From assembly GCA_026413865.1 (NCBI GenBank), contig JAOAKB010000001.1:2584-66583 (forward strand): 64,000 nt of DNA, read 5' to 3'. The stretch is from Nitrososphaeria archaeon (lineage in GTDB: Archaea > Thermoproteota > Nitrososphaeria > JACIWG01). Below, piece after piece: positions 1 through 10,410 of the stretch. The notes under the pieces are model-generated. The model made no database searches. It was not told the DNA's origin and saw nothing but the letters and a program-made list of their open reading frames with translations. Position 1 is the stretch's first letter, and the number at the start of each line of letters is the position of its first letter. The translations under genes and the position numbers were made by a program.

Positions 1-1052
1 TCTTCAGTAAGAGTCGGATAAACTGGAAGTGACAGAACATGTTCAGCAGCCTCTTCACAGTTTGGAAGAGATTCCAATTGAACATGTTTTATGAAAACAT
101 CCATCTTATTTAAGGGAGTGGGATAGTAAACTGTTGCACCCACACCCCTTTCCCTCAAATACTGCACGATTTCATTCCTCTTTCTTTCCACGTATACCGT
201 GTATATGCTCCAGTTTGTCTCAGCATAATTTTTCTCTACAGGCAACCTTACACCTTTAAGCTTACCAAATTCTTCATTATAGAACATAGCGTTCTTTCTC
301 CTAGCTTTGATAAAAGAATCTATCTTCCTAAGCTGCTCTATACCGATTGCAGCCTCCATTTGAGGCATTCTTAGGTTTAGTCCAAGGACTTTAGAGTCAT
401 AGCCTTTAACCTGCCCATGGGACCTTATCATCCTCAACTTTTCGGCCAAAATATCGTCGTTTGTTGTAACAACACCACCCTCACCGCATGTTACAATTTT
501 TGTACCATAGAGGCTAAAACAGCCCATGATACCAAAGCCGCCTGTCATTTTACCCCTATACTTTGAACCCAAAGATTGAGCAGCATCTTCGACCACAAAA
601 ACACAATGCTTCTCAGATTCTTCAATTATTTCATCTAATGGTGCAGGATGACCATATAGGTGGACAGGTAAAACTACTTTAGAATTCTTAGAAAATTTTT
701 TAGCAAGGTCCTTAACCGAAATAGAGTATGTTTCAAGCTCTATGTCAACAAATTTTACATTAGCTTTTAGGAAGAGGCTTGTTGTGGCAGTTGATGCAAA
801 AGTGAAACCAGGCACCAATGTTTCACAACCTTCTCTTAAATCCAGTGCCATTAGGGCAGCAAGTATTGCCGAAGTACCAGAGTTTACTGCAATAGCATGC
901 TTTGTACCAACGTACTCTGCGAAAAGTTTTTCAAATTCTTTAACAAACTTTCCACCTTCAAAACTTGAATCTGTTAGCTGAAGAGACTCTAAAACTCTTA
1001 GGACAGCATTCTTTTCCTCTTCTCCTATAGCAGGCTTATTTATTGGAATCAT
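1..1052 (-). CDS. DegT/DnrJ/EryC1/StrS-family PLP-dependent sugar aminotransferase (C-terminal end runs off the window)
   Basis: Not in the ORF track because there is no stop in the window. My own minus-strand translation from the ATG at 1052-1050 gives MIPINKPAIGEEEKNAVLRVLESLQLT...AIAVNSGTSAILAALMAL...VVEDAAQSLGSKYRGKMTGGFG...SLYGTKIVTCGEGG. This is the typical DegT pattern, including the Lys context. The frame stays open to position 1. Confidence 0.8.
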   Translation of the reverse strand, partial: MIPINKPAIGEEEKNAVLRVLESLQLTDSSFEGGKFVKEFEKLFAEYVGTKHAIAVNSGTSAILAALMALDLREGCETLVPGFTFASTATTSLFLKANVKFVDIELETYSISVKDLAKKFSKNSKVVLPVHLYGHPAPLDEIIEESEKHCVFVVEDAAQSLGSKYRGKMTGGFGIMGCFSLYGTKIVTCGEGGVVTTNDDILAEKLRMIRSHGQVKGYDSKVLGLNLRMPQMEAAIGIEQLRKIDSFIKARRKNAMFYNEEFGKLKGVRLPVEKNYAETNWSIYTVYVERKRNEIVQYLRERGVGATVYYPTPLNKMDVFIKHVQLESLPNCEEAAEHVLSLPVYPTLTE

Positions 1053-1066
1053 ATATAATCTGTCCT

Positions 1067-2113
1067 TTAAGGTAGGGGAACTAATCCCTTTTTAACCTCT
1101 TCAGGATAAGCTTCAACTATTAAATCATGCTTAGACTTGAAATAGTCTCTAACTGGCTTAAGAAATTCTATAAGCACATTTGCCACAGAATTCTTTAAAT
1201 CCAGTGGATGAAGCTTGCCCTCAGCATAATCAATTTCCATCATCTTCGCATCAGTGTAGACGATATCACCACCCTTAGATGGATCCCTTTCAACCTTAAA
1301 GCTTCCAAGCATAGGAAGTAGTGCAAGAGAGGCGATGGCAACAACTGGGTTAGTATATTGTTGATTTGAGCCTTTAACCTCCTTCATTGGACAATATGCT
1401 TTCAAAATCTTCTTCCTTATGCTATCTTCAGGCTCGTAAACCTGTATATTTGATTCGGGAATAGAAGCAGACATTTTAACATCAGGACCCTTAAGAGAAG
1501 GTATTAGGGGAGTGAAAATGCATGTTACAGGCTTTAGTCCGAGAAGAGGAAAATATTCTCTTGTAAGCATATAAATATGTCTCTGGTCAATGCCTCCAAG
1601 AGCAATGTTAACTTTAAGAGCGTCACAGTCTATTGCCTGCATAATAGGATAAACCAGTTCAGAAACTTTTGGCTCCTTCATCCTAGTAACCATTGAAGCA
1701 GCCCGCTGAGCTCTTGACACAGTTATGAGAGCACTAATCCTGTAAAGTTTTTCAAAATAATCTTTTTCAAACTGGAAGCTTGAACCAATAGAGTATTCTA
1801 CATTAACATCTTTTAATAGTAAGCTTATGCATTTAAAATAATATTCTGTTCTAACCTTTAATAGACCCCAATCGGTCTTCCTATCGTCCATGTAGGCGTG
1901 TATGTCTGCCAAAAGTATCTTCATCCTAACTCCAGCCTTAACAAGGTCAGCCACCTTCCCAAGAGGCACAAGATAGCCTATATGAAATGGCCCAGTTGGT
2001 GCAGTACCATAGTAGCCTATACCAGAGTTAGTTAAGATAAGATTTTCAAGCTCTTCTCTTGTTACAACTTCTTCAACATTCCTAAAAGCAAGATCGATTT
2101 TGTTATCCAACAT
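1067..2113 (-). CDS. tyrS: tyrosyl-tRNA synthetase (archaeal type)
   Basis: 348-aa ORF with class I signatures HIGY (PFHIGYLVPLG) and KMSAS (KMSKS-type). Blocks LLADIHAY, VYPIMQAIDC and KLHPLDLKNSVA match archaeal TyrRS along the whole length. Confidence 0.93.
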   Translation of the reverse strand: MLDNKIDLAFRNVEEVVTREELENLILTNSGIGYYGTAPTGPFHIGYLVPLGKVADLVKAGVRMKILLADIHAYMDDRKTDWGLLKVRTEYYFKCISLLLKDVNVEYSIGSSFQFEKDYFEKLYRISALITVSRAQRAASMVTRMKEPKVSELVYPIMQAIDCDALKVNIALGGIDQRHIYMLTREYFPLLGLKPVTCIFTPLIPSLKGPDVKMSASIPESNIQVYEPEDSIRKKILKAYCPMKEVKGSNQQYTNPVVAIASLALLPMLGSFKVERDPSKGGDIVYTDAKMMEIDYAEGKLHPLDLKNSVANVLIEFLKPVRDYFKSKHDLIVEAYPEEVKKGLVPLP

Positions 2114-2149
2114 GAAAGCTCATTATAAAATTATATTAAAGGTTTTTGC

Positions 2150-2491
2150 TTAACTTCCATAAAAGAGTAAAAGCATCACATTGAGTGCAAGAAAGATTGA
2201 GGCTGAAATTATTGTGATGTAGACGTTCAAGTTTAAGCCTATATTAAAAAAGGTAAAGGCATTATATATCTGGAACGAAAATACGATAATGTTGAAGATT
2301 GGGACAAAAAATTTTGCAAAAAGTTCAAGCCGCTTAAATCTCAAGTTTATCAAAAACGCGAGAAGATTAACTAGACCAATAACTGCTGAAGTTTGAGCTG
2401 AAATGTTTAGTATTGGTAATAAAAGAAAGAATATACTTATTAATAAGATTACAATGTTATAGGGTGTAAGTATGAGACTTTTTAATTCCAT
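2150..2491 (-). CDS. hypothetical small integral membrane protein
   Basis: 113-aa ORF, almost entirely hydrophobic, with several TM-like segments by eye. No recognisable family. Confidence 0.5.
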   Translation of the reverse strand: MELKSLILTPYNIVILLISIFFLLLPILNISAQTSAVIGLVNLLAFLINLRFKRLELFAKFFVPIFNIIVFSFQIYNAFTFFNIGLNLNVYITIISASIFLALNVMLLLFYGS

Positions 2492-2577
2492 CTTTAAAGA
2501 CTCTATTAAAATAAGATTTAAGGTTTTTCAAAAAATGTTTATCAAAAACTAGAACATATGGCATAGAGGAAGGAAAA

Positions 2578-5115
2578 TTGGTATTTGAACAGCTAAAGCA
2601 AAAACTCGCCACACTTACAGCACATACAACTTCATTAGATGAGGGACTGCTTGTTTCCGCAGGATATGATGGTGATGAGAAGAGAGTATATCTTGTGTTC
2701 TATTCACCAAAGTTTAAGAGAAACTTTATCTGGAAAGATAATACTGGCCACAAACCATACTGTTTTACAAAGGCTGACGATAGACAATTAGAGCGTATAA
2801 AGTCTAGACAAGATGTACTTAAGATTGAGGAAGTAGAAAAAATAAACATGTTTACAATGGAAAAGATTTTAGTTAAAAAGATTATTGTATCAAATCCGCT
2901 TTCAATAGGTGGTGGTAAGGGTGAACAAAGTATAAGAAACATTATATCAACATATGAGTCAGATATAAAATATTATGAAAATTACCTCTACGATTTCCAG
3001 CTAACACCAGGAATTTTTTATGAAATAAAAGAGGATAGGCCTATTCCAATAAGGTTAGAGGTTGATCCACTACTTCAGCAAGAAAGAGAGAAGTTAGAAA
3101 ATTCTTCTAAAAAAGAGTTCATTCCATATGTTAAAGCATGGTGTGACCTACTAACCCAGCCTCTGCCAATGATAAAGAGAGCTTCACTTGATATAGAAGT
3201 AGCATCACCAGATGAATCACATATACCATCCCCTTCAGAGGCAGAACATCAAGTAATAGCTGTAGCAATATATGGAAGTGATGGAGTAAAAAAAGTGTTC
3301 CTCCTAAAAAGAGATAACGTGCCAGTTGGAGAGAAAAAGGTTGATGAAGCAGAGATAATATTTTTTGAAGATGAAAAAGCACTTCTTGAAGCAGTATTTT
3401 TGAACATGTTAGACTATCCTTTTATAGTAACCTATAATGGTGACGAATTTGATTTAAACTACTTATATCATAGGGCAAAAAATCTAGGATTTCCAGAAGA
3501 AGCGATACCAATAAACCTTGGCAGAGACCAGGCTTGGATAAAGCATGGAGTACATATTGACCTTTACAAGTTCTTTTCAAACCATGCACTAAAAGTTTAC
3601 GTTTTCGAATCAAAATATGTTGAAAACACACTTGATTCAGTATGTGAGGCTCTGATAAATGAGTGTAAGATCGAGTTTGAGGGATCAATAAGTAGCCTAC
3701 CACTACTAGAACTAGCAAACTACTGCTTCAACGATGCAAGAATTACTTACAAGTTAACAAGCTACAATGATGATTTAGTAATGCGACTTTTAATAATGAT
3801 CGCAAGAGTCGCGAAAATGCCGCTAGAAGATATTGGGAGACTAGGAGTATCCAACTGGATACGTAGCCTAATGTATTTCGAACATAGAAGAATGAATGCA
3901 CTTATACCCTCAAGCGAGGAAGTATCGTTAAGGGGGACAATATCTTCAACAGCAATAACAAAAGGTAAAAAGTATCGTGGAGCCTACGTTCTTGAACCTG
4001 AGGCTGGAGTGCATTTTAATGTGGCAGTGCTGGACTTTGCAAGCCTATACCCGAGCATAATAAAAGTCTACAACCTTTCCTATGAGACAATACTCTGTTC
4101 ACATGAAGAATGCAAAAGCAATATTATACCTGACACACCACACTGGGTATGTAAAAAGAGATATGGAATAACATCATTACTTATTGGTTCCTTAAGGGAC
4201 TTAAGAGTTAAACTTTATAAGCCACTTTCTAAAAAGTATCCATCAAACTCTGACAAAGGAGTACTCTTCAACACGATCTCGCAAGTCCTTAAGGTAATCT
4301 TGAATGCCAGCTACGGAGTATTTGGTACTGAAGCATTCCCACTATACTGTCCACCAGTTGCAGAATCAACAGCAGCAATAGGAAGATATCTTATCATGAA
4401 AACTATAGAAGAATGTAAAAGAAGAAACTTTAAAGTTGTTTACGGTGACACAGACTCACTATTTATTGCAGGAATATCTAAAAAAGATATAGAACAGATG
4501 ACAGAATGGGCTGAAACCAATTTAGGTATAGAACTTGACCTAGACAAAGTCTACAGGTATGTTGCATTCAGTAAAAGGAAAAAGAACTATTTAGGTGTAC
4601 TTCCAGACGGAAACTTTATACTAAAAGGTTTTACCGGAAAAAAGAGTAATACACCAAACCTAATAAAAAATGCTTTCTATAATGTGGTTGAAAGGTTAAG
4701 TAAGGTGAACTCACCTTCAGAATTTGAGATTGCAAGAGAAGATGTTAAAAAATATTTGAAGGATATAATCGATAATTTAAGAAAGAAGAAGGTTCCATTA
4801 GAGGACCTTGCATTCAATGTTATGGTAAGCAAAGATTTAGACGAGTACGTGGATACAACACCACAACATGTTAAGGCAGCAAGACAACTTGAGAGAAGCG
4901 GTAAAAAGGTTAAAAGAGGAGACATAATATCTTTCGTGAAAACAGTTTCACCAGATGGAGTTAAGCCAACAATATTAGCCAAACCAGAAGACATAGACGT
5001 AAACAAGTACATAGAATACATGAGAAGCACATTTGAACAGTTACTGGATGCACTAGGATACGAATTCGATGAAATAATAACTTCCACAAAACTTGAAGAC
5101 TTCTTTTGGCCATAA
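2578..5115 (+). CDS. polB: family B DNA polymerase
   Basis: 845-aa ORF with Exo I (LDIEVAS), motif A (DFASLYPSII) and motif C (VVYGDTDSLFI). There is no intein-sized insertion. The only start available near the 5' end is TTG at 2578. Confidence 0.95.
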   Translation: MVFEQLKQKLATLTAHTTSLDEGLLVSAGYDGDEKRVYLVFYSPKFKRNFIWKDNTGHKPYCFTKADDRQLERIKSRQDVLKIEEVEKINMFTMEKILVKKIIVSNPLSIGGGKGEQSIRNIISTYESDIKYYENYLYDFQLTPGIFYEIKEDRPIPIRLEVDPLLQQEREKLENSSKKEFIPYVKAWCDLLTQPLPMIKRASLDIEVASPDESHIPSPSEAEHQVIAVAIYGSDGVKKVFLLKRDNVPVGEKKVDEAEIIFFEDEKALLEAVFLNMLDYPFIVTYNGDEFDLNYLYHRAKNLGFPEEAIPINLGRDQAWIKHGVHIDLYKFFSNHALKVYVFESKYVENTLDSVCEALINECKIEFEGSISSLPLLELANYCFNDARITYKLTSYNDDLVMRLLIMIARVAKMPLEDIGRLGVSNWIRSLMYFEHRRMNALIPSSEEVSLRGTISSTAITKGKKYRGAYVLEPEAGVHFNVAVLDFASLYPSIIKVYNLSYETILCSHEECKSNIIPDTPHWVCKKRYGITSLLIGSLRDLRVKLYKPLSKKYPSNSDKGVLFNTISQVLKVILNASYGVFGTEAFPLYCPPVAESTAAIGRYLIMKTIEECKRRNFKVVYGDTDSLFIAGISKKDIEQMTEWAETNLGIELDLDKVYRYVAFSKRKKNYLGVLPDGNFILKGFTGKKSNTPNLIKNAFYNVVERLSKVNSPSEFEIAREDVKKYLKDIIDNLRKKKVPLEDLAFNVMVSKDLDEYVDTTPQHVKAARQLERSGKKVKRGDIISFVKTVSPDGVKPTILAKPEDIDVNKYIEYMRSTFEQLLDALGYEFDEIITSTKLEDFFWP

Positions 5116-5152
5116 ATCAAATTTTATATAATTTCAATTAGAAGGCTAAACC

Positions 5153-6025
5153 ATGAGTTATAAAAAGCTTTATCTTCAAGATACAGGTAGAATCCTAAAA
5201 CTTACAGAAAAAAGTACACCATGCGGAAGAGTATTTGGAGTACCATTTGATTCCACAAGCACATATAGGCCTGGGTCAAAGTTTGCACCAAACACTATAA
5301 GAGAAGCATTCAATAACATCGAAATATATTCTAGAACATTTAATATAGATTTAGAGAAAGAGTATATAGAAGACTTAGGTGACATGATTGTACCCTTTAA
5401 TATGGAGGAATGCTTAGACCAGATTTCAAAGATTTCTAACGAACTTTTGACGGAGAATATAACCTTCTGTATGCTGGGTGGAGAACATACAATTTCCTAT
5501 GGAACAATAAAAGTTCTTCCAAAGGATGTTGGTATAATAATATTTGACGCCCACCTTGACCTACGTGATGAAATGAATGGCTCAAAATTTACACATGCAA
5601 CATTCTATAGAAGACTGCTTGAGAAAATTGATAAAGAAAGATTCCTGCATATTGGGGCTAGAGCAGCGTGCGCAGAAGAATGGAAACTTATAGAAAAAGA
5701 AAGACTAAATGTTATTGAGGCATCAAAGTTTAATGTAAAATTTGCACTAGAGAACGAGTTTTTTAAGAAATATAGGAGAGTCTACCTTTCTATAGATGTA
5801 GACTTCTTTGACCCATCCTTTGCACCAGGTGTAGGAAACCCTGAACCGTTCGGACTTTCACCACAAAACTTTATCGAACTTTTAGCGAACTTAAAGGATA
5901 TAGAGATTGTTGGATTTGATATAGTTGAAGTTTGTCCACCATACGATAACGGTAATACGAGCATATTAGCGGCTAAGCTGATGCTTGAAATATTCTCCTA
6001 TTGTATAAGGGAAAAGACTAGTTAG
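5153..6025 (+). CDS. speB: agmatinase (ureohydrolase family)
   Basis: 290 aa with the Mn-binding ureohydrolase motifs GGEHTIS, DAHLDLRD and SIDVDFFDPSFAPGVGNPEPFG. Confidence 0.9.
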   Translation: MSYKKLYLQDTGRILKLTEKSTPCGRVFGVPFDSTSTYRPGSKFAPNTIREAFNNIEIYSRTFNIDLEKEYIEDLGDMIVPFNMEECLDQISKISNELLTENITFCMLGGEHTISYGTIKVLPKDVGIIIFDAHLDLRDEMNGSKFTHATFYRRLLEKIDKERFLHIGARAACAEEWKLIEKERLNVIEASKFNVKFALENEFFKKYRRVYLSIDVDFFDPSFAPGVGNPEPFGLSPQNFIELLANLKDIEIVGFDIVEVCPPYDNGNTSILAAKLMLEIFSYCIREKTS

Positions 6026-7881
6026 CCATAAAACTTTGGACGCTTTGACAGAAGCTTTGGCAGTGGCAGAGGCTTAAAGGGCTTATCTAATGTCTTCGAT
6101 TTTATTTCAATTAAAAGCTCTTCTAATGACACCTTCTTAAACTCTTTTTCACCTCTTACTCTTACTGTAAGTATGTTTGATTGTACTTCTTTTTCGCCAA
6201 CAACAAGAATATATGGGATCCACTCTCTTTCAGCATCCATAATTTTCCTATTCAATGTTAGAGGACGATCATCTACATCAACCCTAATTTTATGCGCCTC
6301 TATTTGTTCACACAAATTTATTGAATACTGGTAAAAATTTTCTGACACAGGAACAATTCTAACCTGAGTAGGAGAAAGCCATAATGGTAAAATTGGGACA
6401 AGACCCTTCGACTGTACCATGTAAGCCTTTTCAAGGATCGCGTAAATGTCCCTTTCTATTGCACCACTAGGAGAATTATGTAAAATAAGAGGATGCCTTT
6501 TTTCACCATTTTCATCAACGTAGGTTATACCATATCTTTTAGCATTCTCAATATCTATCTGGTCCGTTGACAGGGCAGAAGCTTTATCAAGACTGTCTAT
6601 GAAATTAAATTCCCATTTTAGAACAAAGTAAAAGAATCTTTCCTCCCAAAGCTCCACCAGAGCAGGTTTACCAAACATACTTATTAGAGAAATTATAAAG
6701 TCTTTATTATTTTCGTAAAAGTCTCGAGTAAACCTTATCGCAAGCTCATAATCATCCTTACTCAGGCCTAGACTCTCCAATACACTCATACTTAACCTAA
6801 ATCTTTTTACAAACTCCTCCTTAGCCTGTTCAAGGTTAGCGCAGATTGCATGACAATCTGGCATGGTGAAAGCCCTTAACCTTCTCAATCCAGTAAGCTC
6901 ACCACTCTTTTCCCTTCGAAAACTGTATTTTGTAAGCTCATACAACCTAATTGGAAGATTCTTATACGATATTATGGCATCGTGAGCCATCAAAAACTGG
7001 CCAAAACATGCACTAAATCTCAAGAAAAATTCTTTGTCATCAGAGTTAAGAGTATACTGTCTTGCTGGGAAACGGTTCAAATATTCATAAAGGCTAGGAT
7101 GCTGATAATCGTACATTATTGGTGTTTCAACTTCCATTGCACCATATTCTATAACCTTAGAAGTAACAAATTCTTCAATAAGAGATTTAATTAAACGCCC
7201 TTTAGGATACCATCTGAGATTACCTTGGTCACTCGCAGGCTCATAGTCTGCAATCTCAAGCCTCTGCATTAGAGTTACATGTGGAGGAGTGCCTTTAACA
7301 GCCCTAACCTTTGCCATCTCATATCGTGCAAACTTTTCAAGGTTCTCGTGACCCCTAAAGTCAAACCTTTCTACTGGAACAAGCTCGCCTTCAACAGTAA
7401 TAATATACCAATAGGATTTTATCTTCTCTTCAGCCTTTAAAGCCTGCGGAACCTTTTCCTCTAAAGCATCCTCCCTTGATATTGACCTAAACTGTTCCGC
7501 TAAAGGATGCCCTTTGATGGATAAAGTGAACTGCTTATTCCAGCCAAACGGAGCCCTATAAGTTTCAATACCAGCACCCTTTGCAGACTCTTCCATAAAC
7601 TTGAGAACCTTATATGCTTCAAACGGATTTGCAAGGTTCGAGCTTAAATGAGCAAACGGGTAAATGAGTATCTTATTTACTCCAAACTGATTAAGCGAAT
7701 TCTTGACATCCTCAACTGCCTTTAAAACAACGTTTTCATCATCGCCTTCTTCAACTGAAGTGAAAAGGACAAGAATATTATCATATTTAAATTCCTTTAA
7801 TTCACAGTCTTCCGCTGCATCTATTTCCTTTTTAATAAGTCTAAATTCTATAAAATCTGTGTGAAGCTGCAATATCTTCAA
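6022..7881 (-). CDS. thrS: threonyl-tRNA synthetase, full-length archaeal type with N-terminal editing domain
   Basis: 619 aa. It has an N-terminal archaeal editing-domain-like region of about 140 aa (ILIYPFAHLSS, RAPFGWNK), a class II core (RLRAFTMPDCH) and a C-terminal anticodon-binding domain. Confidence 0.93.
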   Translation of the reverse strand: MKILQLHTDFIEFRLIKKEIDAAEDCELKEFKYDNILVLFTSVEEGDDENVVLKAVEDVKNSLNQFGVNKILIYPFAHLSSNLANPFEAYKVLKFMEESAKGAGIETYRAPFGWNKQFTLSIKGHPLAEQFRSISREDALEEKVPQALKAEEKIKSYWYIITVEGELVPVERFDFRGHENLEKFARYEMAKVRAVKGTPPHVTLMQRLEIADYEPASDQGNLRWYPKGRLIKSLIEEFVTSKVIEYGAMEVETPIMYDYQHPSLYEYLNRFPARQYTLNSDDKEFFLRFSACFGQFLMAHDAIISYKNLPIRLYELTKYSFRREKSGELTGLRRLRAFTMPDCHAICANLEQAKEEFVKRFRLSMSVLESLGLSKDDYELAIRFTRDFYENNKDFIISLISMFGKPALVELWEERFFYFVLKWEFNFIDSLDKASALSTDQIDIENAKRYGITYVDENGEKRHPLILHNSPSGAIERDIYAILEKAYMVQSKGLVPILPLWLSPTQVRIVPVSENFYQYSINLCEQIEAHKIRVDVDDRPLTLNRKIMDAEREWIPYILVVGEKEVQSNILTVRVRGEKEFKKVSLEELLIEIKSKTLDKPFKPLPLPKLLSKRPKFYG

Positions 7882-7892
7882 CCAAGTTCACC

Positions 7893-8096
7893 TCAATATG
7901 CTATATGCTCAAGCTCCCTCATCTTCTTAGTCTCCTTCTTCCACTGCTTATAATGATCATGACACAAGTAAACCCTTCTAGCACTACCTTCAACCTTAAT
8001 ACTGCTCTTCGAAACCTGTTCAGCACTAAGAGACCTTTCTGCAAAATTATCACAGCCCTTAACCATGCATTTTACACCCTTATCGACCTTACCCAT
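7893..8096 (-). CDS. small C2CH zinc-finger protein, function unknown
   Basis: 67-aa basic ORF with the spacing C10-x4-C15-x29-C45-x2-H48. It lies 11 nt upstream of thrS on the same strand. Confidence 0.6.
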   Translation of the reverse strand: MGKVDKGVKCMVKGCDNFAERSLSAEQVSKSSIKVEGSARRVYLCHDHYKQWKKETKKMRELEHIAY

Positions 8097-8143
8097 CCAA
8101 GTCCCTCCAACCTAAACTGTTATTAAATCTCAAAATATAAGTT

Positions 8144-8728
8144 GTGCGGATTAAAATGGTACTAAATAAGATTAGAGAGAAAATAAGACCAATTATCAAT
8201 TGTATTGGAAAATATTTTTCAAAAACAGGATTCCCAGCTTGGTTCTGGACAATATTTGGCATAATATTCGCTTTAGTGGCGATGTCATTTTACATGCAAA
8301 AAAATTTTTTGAACGCATTTTTAGGGGGATTATTCTATCTACTTTCAGGGTTTATGGACGTAGTGGACGGAGCGGTAGCAAACTATACACGCACAGTATC
8401 TAAAATGGGGAGCTTCATAGACTCGACAGCGGACAGAATTGCTGAAATTATAGTATTTTTTGGAATCATGGTTGGAGGGTGGGCGCCACCTGACATAATC
8501 TTTTTAGGAATAACATTTTCTCTTTTAGTAAGCTATGTTAGAGCAAAAGCAGAATCACTTAACATTGAGATTAAGGGGAGAGGTTGGGGAGAAAGGGCGG
8601 AGAGGATGATTGTATTATCTGTATTAAGTATGCTTGGGCAACCGTATTATGGAATAGTTATAGTATCAGCACTAGCGGTGGTTACATTCATTCAAAGATG
8701 TATTATTATAATGGGTGCTCTAAAGTAG
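8144..8728 (+). CDS. CDP-alcohol phosphatidyltransferase family protein (archaetidylinositol-phosphate/archaetidylserine synthase-like)
   Basis: 194-aa multi-TM protein carrying the family motif D-G-x2-A-x-x8-G-x3-D-x3-D (DVVDGAVANYTRTVSKMGSFIDSTADRIAE). The track start is GTG at 8144; the ATG at 8156 is an alternative. Confidence 0.85.
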   Translation: MRIKMVLNKIREKIRPIINCIGKYFSKTGFPAWFWTIFGIIFALVAMSFYMQKNFLNAFLGGLFYLLSGFMDVVDGAVANYTRTVSKMGSFIDSTADRIAEIIVFFGIMVGGWAPPDIIFLGITFSLLVSYVRAKAESLNIEIKGRGWGERAERMIVLSVLSMLGQPYYGIVIVSALAVVTFIQRCIIIMGALK

Positions 8729-9004
8729 TTACTTAAATTTTCTTTCTTCTTTAGCCCTTACCTTTACAACACCAAAGTGAACTGCACAAGATATGCAATA
8801 ATATTTTACTGTCTTTTCAGATGGAATATATGTTCCAGCAGCCTTTAACTCCTTTGCCAAAGTCGGGTCTACAAAACTTAGTCTTGCAGTCACCTTTTTA
8901 GCCTTGTCCCTTGGAACCATAGCACCACAGTTTGTACACTGAACCATTTCAGACCTTCCTTTACCACCCTTGCCACGTCCTCTGCTCTTTCTTTTCTTCG
9001 CCAA
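8729..9004 (-). CDS. rps26e: 30S ribosomal protein eS26
   Basis: 91 aa with a basic N-terminus, the CxxC...CxxC pattern (VQCTNCGAMVPRDKA ... YYCISCAVH) and the typical eS26 layout. Confidence 0.9.
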   Translation of the reverse strand: MAKKRKSRGRGKGGKGRSEMVQCTNCGAMVPRDKAKKVTARLSFVDPTLAKELKAAGTYIPSEKTVKYYCISCAVHFGVVKVRAKEERKFK

Positions 9005-9093
9005 ATTCGCTCAATCCAACTACCTATAAGGTAATATAAAAAAATTTTTTCTTAAAAAATAAGCTTATAATCGACTACATAATAGACGATGCT

Positions 9094-10410
9094 ATGGAAA
9101 AAACTCTTATTGAAGTAAAGTATGCTATCACATGCAACAGAAACTTTGATATAATAAAAAATGCGGCAATAGCGTTTGAAAATGGAAAAATAACCTATGT
9201 TGGCCAAATAAAAAATATACCATATTCTAGATCATACTTTGACAATATTATTTTGGAAGAGTATGGTATAGCAATACCTGGCCTAATAAATTGTCATACA
9301 CATGCAGCAATGAACCTATTTAGAGGAGCATGTGACGATTTACCTCTAAAACTTTGGCTGGAGAAAAAGATTTGGCCCCTAGAATCAAAGTTGACTTCAG
9401 AAGACCTCTTTTATGGAAATCTTTCATCATTTTTAGAAATGCTTTCTAGTGGGACAACAACCTTTGTAGACTTCTACTATTTCAATGAACTTATAGATGC
9501 ATTAAAGGTTATACCATTAAGGGCTGTTGCAACAATAGCATTCCTTGACCAAGTTCCAGATGGAGAAATTTATTGGAGAAGATTTAAAGAACTTCAAAAA
9601 TATTTTGATATGGCTAATTCTATAGGAGACGAACTTGTTAAAATTGCATTAGGACCACACGCCATATACACTTGTAGCAAAGAACTTTTGGAGAAGATAA
9701 TGGATGTGTCAGAAAAACATAATCTGCTAGTACACATGCATGTTTCAGAAACTCTTGACGAAGTTCATTTTACAAAAGAAAAATTCGGTTTAACACCTAT
9801 AGAATACTTGGATAAGATTGGCATATTAAATGAGAAAATGATAGCAGCACATTGTGTCCACCTAAAAGACAAAGACATTAATATACTACAAAAAAAGAAA
9901 GTAAACTGTGTACACAATCCTTCATCCAATCTGAAACTTGCAGACGGTGTGATGCCACTTTCAGAATTGTTAAAAGCGGGTATTAACGTCTGCTTGGGAA
10001 CAGATGGTGCAGCAAGCTCAAACTCACTAAACCTTTTTAATGAAATGAGGACAGCTGTTCTCCTACAGAGAGGAGTGAACCTTGACCCAAAATTTCCAAA
10101 CGCCAAAGACGCATTTCTAATGGCTACAGCTAATGGAGCAAGAGCGCTTGGACTTGACAATCATATTGGCTCAATTGAGGAAAACAAAAAGGCAGATATA
10201 GTTATAATAGATGGAAAAAGTCCAAGACTCTGGCCAGAATATGATATAATATCGAATATCGTTTATTCGTGCACACCAGCTGACATATTGTTTACGATAG
10301 TGAATGGAAAAATACTTTATGAAAAAGGAAAATTTCCTAACATTGACATAGAAAATATTATGGGAGAGTTTAATAAGAAGGCTTTAAAACTCTTGAACAC
10401 CATTAATTAG
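9094..10410 (+). CDS. amidohydrolase-family nucleoside deaminase (MtaD/DadD-like 5'-methylthioadenosine/S-adenosylhomocysteine deaminase)
   Basis: 438 aa with metal-ligand blocks INCHTHAAM, HMHVSET, AAHCVHL and CLGTDGAASSNSLNLFNEM, typical of the MtaD/TRZ-ATZ subgroup. Confidence 0.85.
   Translation: MEKTLIEVKYAITCNRNFDIIKNAAIAFENGKITYVGQIKNIPYSRSYFDNIILEEYGIAIPGLINCHTHAAMNLFRGACDDLPLKLWLEKKIWPLESKLTSEDLFYGNLSSFLEMLSSGTTTFVDFYYFNELIDALKVIPLRAVATIAFLDQVPDGEIYWRRFKELQKYFDMANSIGDELVKIALGPHAIYTCSKELLEKIMDVSEKHNLLVHMHVSETLDEVHFTKEKFGLTPIEYLDKIGILNEKMIAAHCVHLKDKDINILQKKKVNCVHNPSSNLKLADGVMPLSELLKAGINVCLGTDGAASSNSLNLFNEMRTAVLLQRGVNLDPKFPNAKDAFLMATANGARALGLDNHIGSIEENKKADIVIIDGKSPRLWPEYDIISNIVYSCTPADILFTIVNGKILYEKGKFPNIDIENIMGEFNKKALKLLNTIN

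Noticed and set aside
742-981. 79-aa plus-strand ORF.
   Set aside because: It lies entirely antisense within the well-supported DegT-type aminotransferase gene and has no family resemblance.
2578-5115. Possibility of an intein in the family B DNA polymerase.
   Set aside because: A length of 845 aa is normal for an intein-free PolB, and motifs A and C are contiguous with normal spacing. No Cys/Ser-...-HN splice-junction insert is seen.
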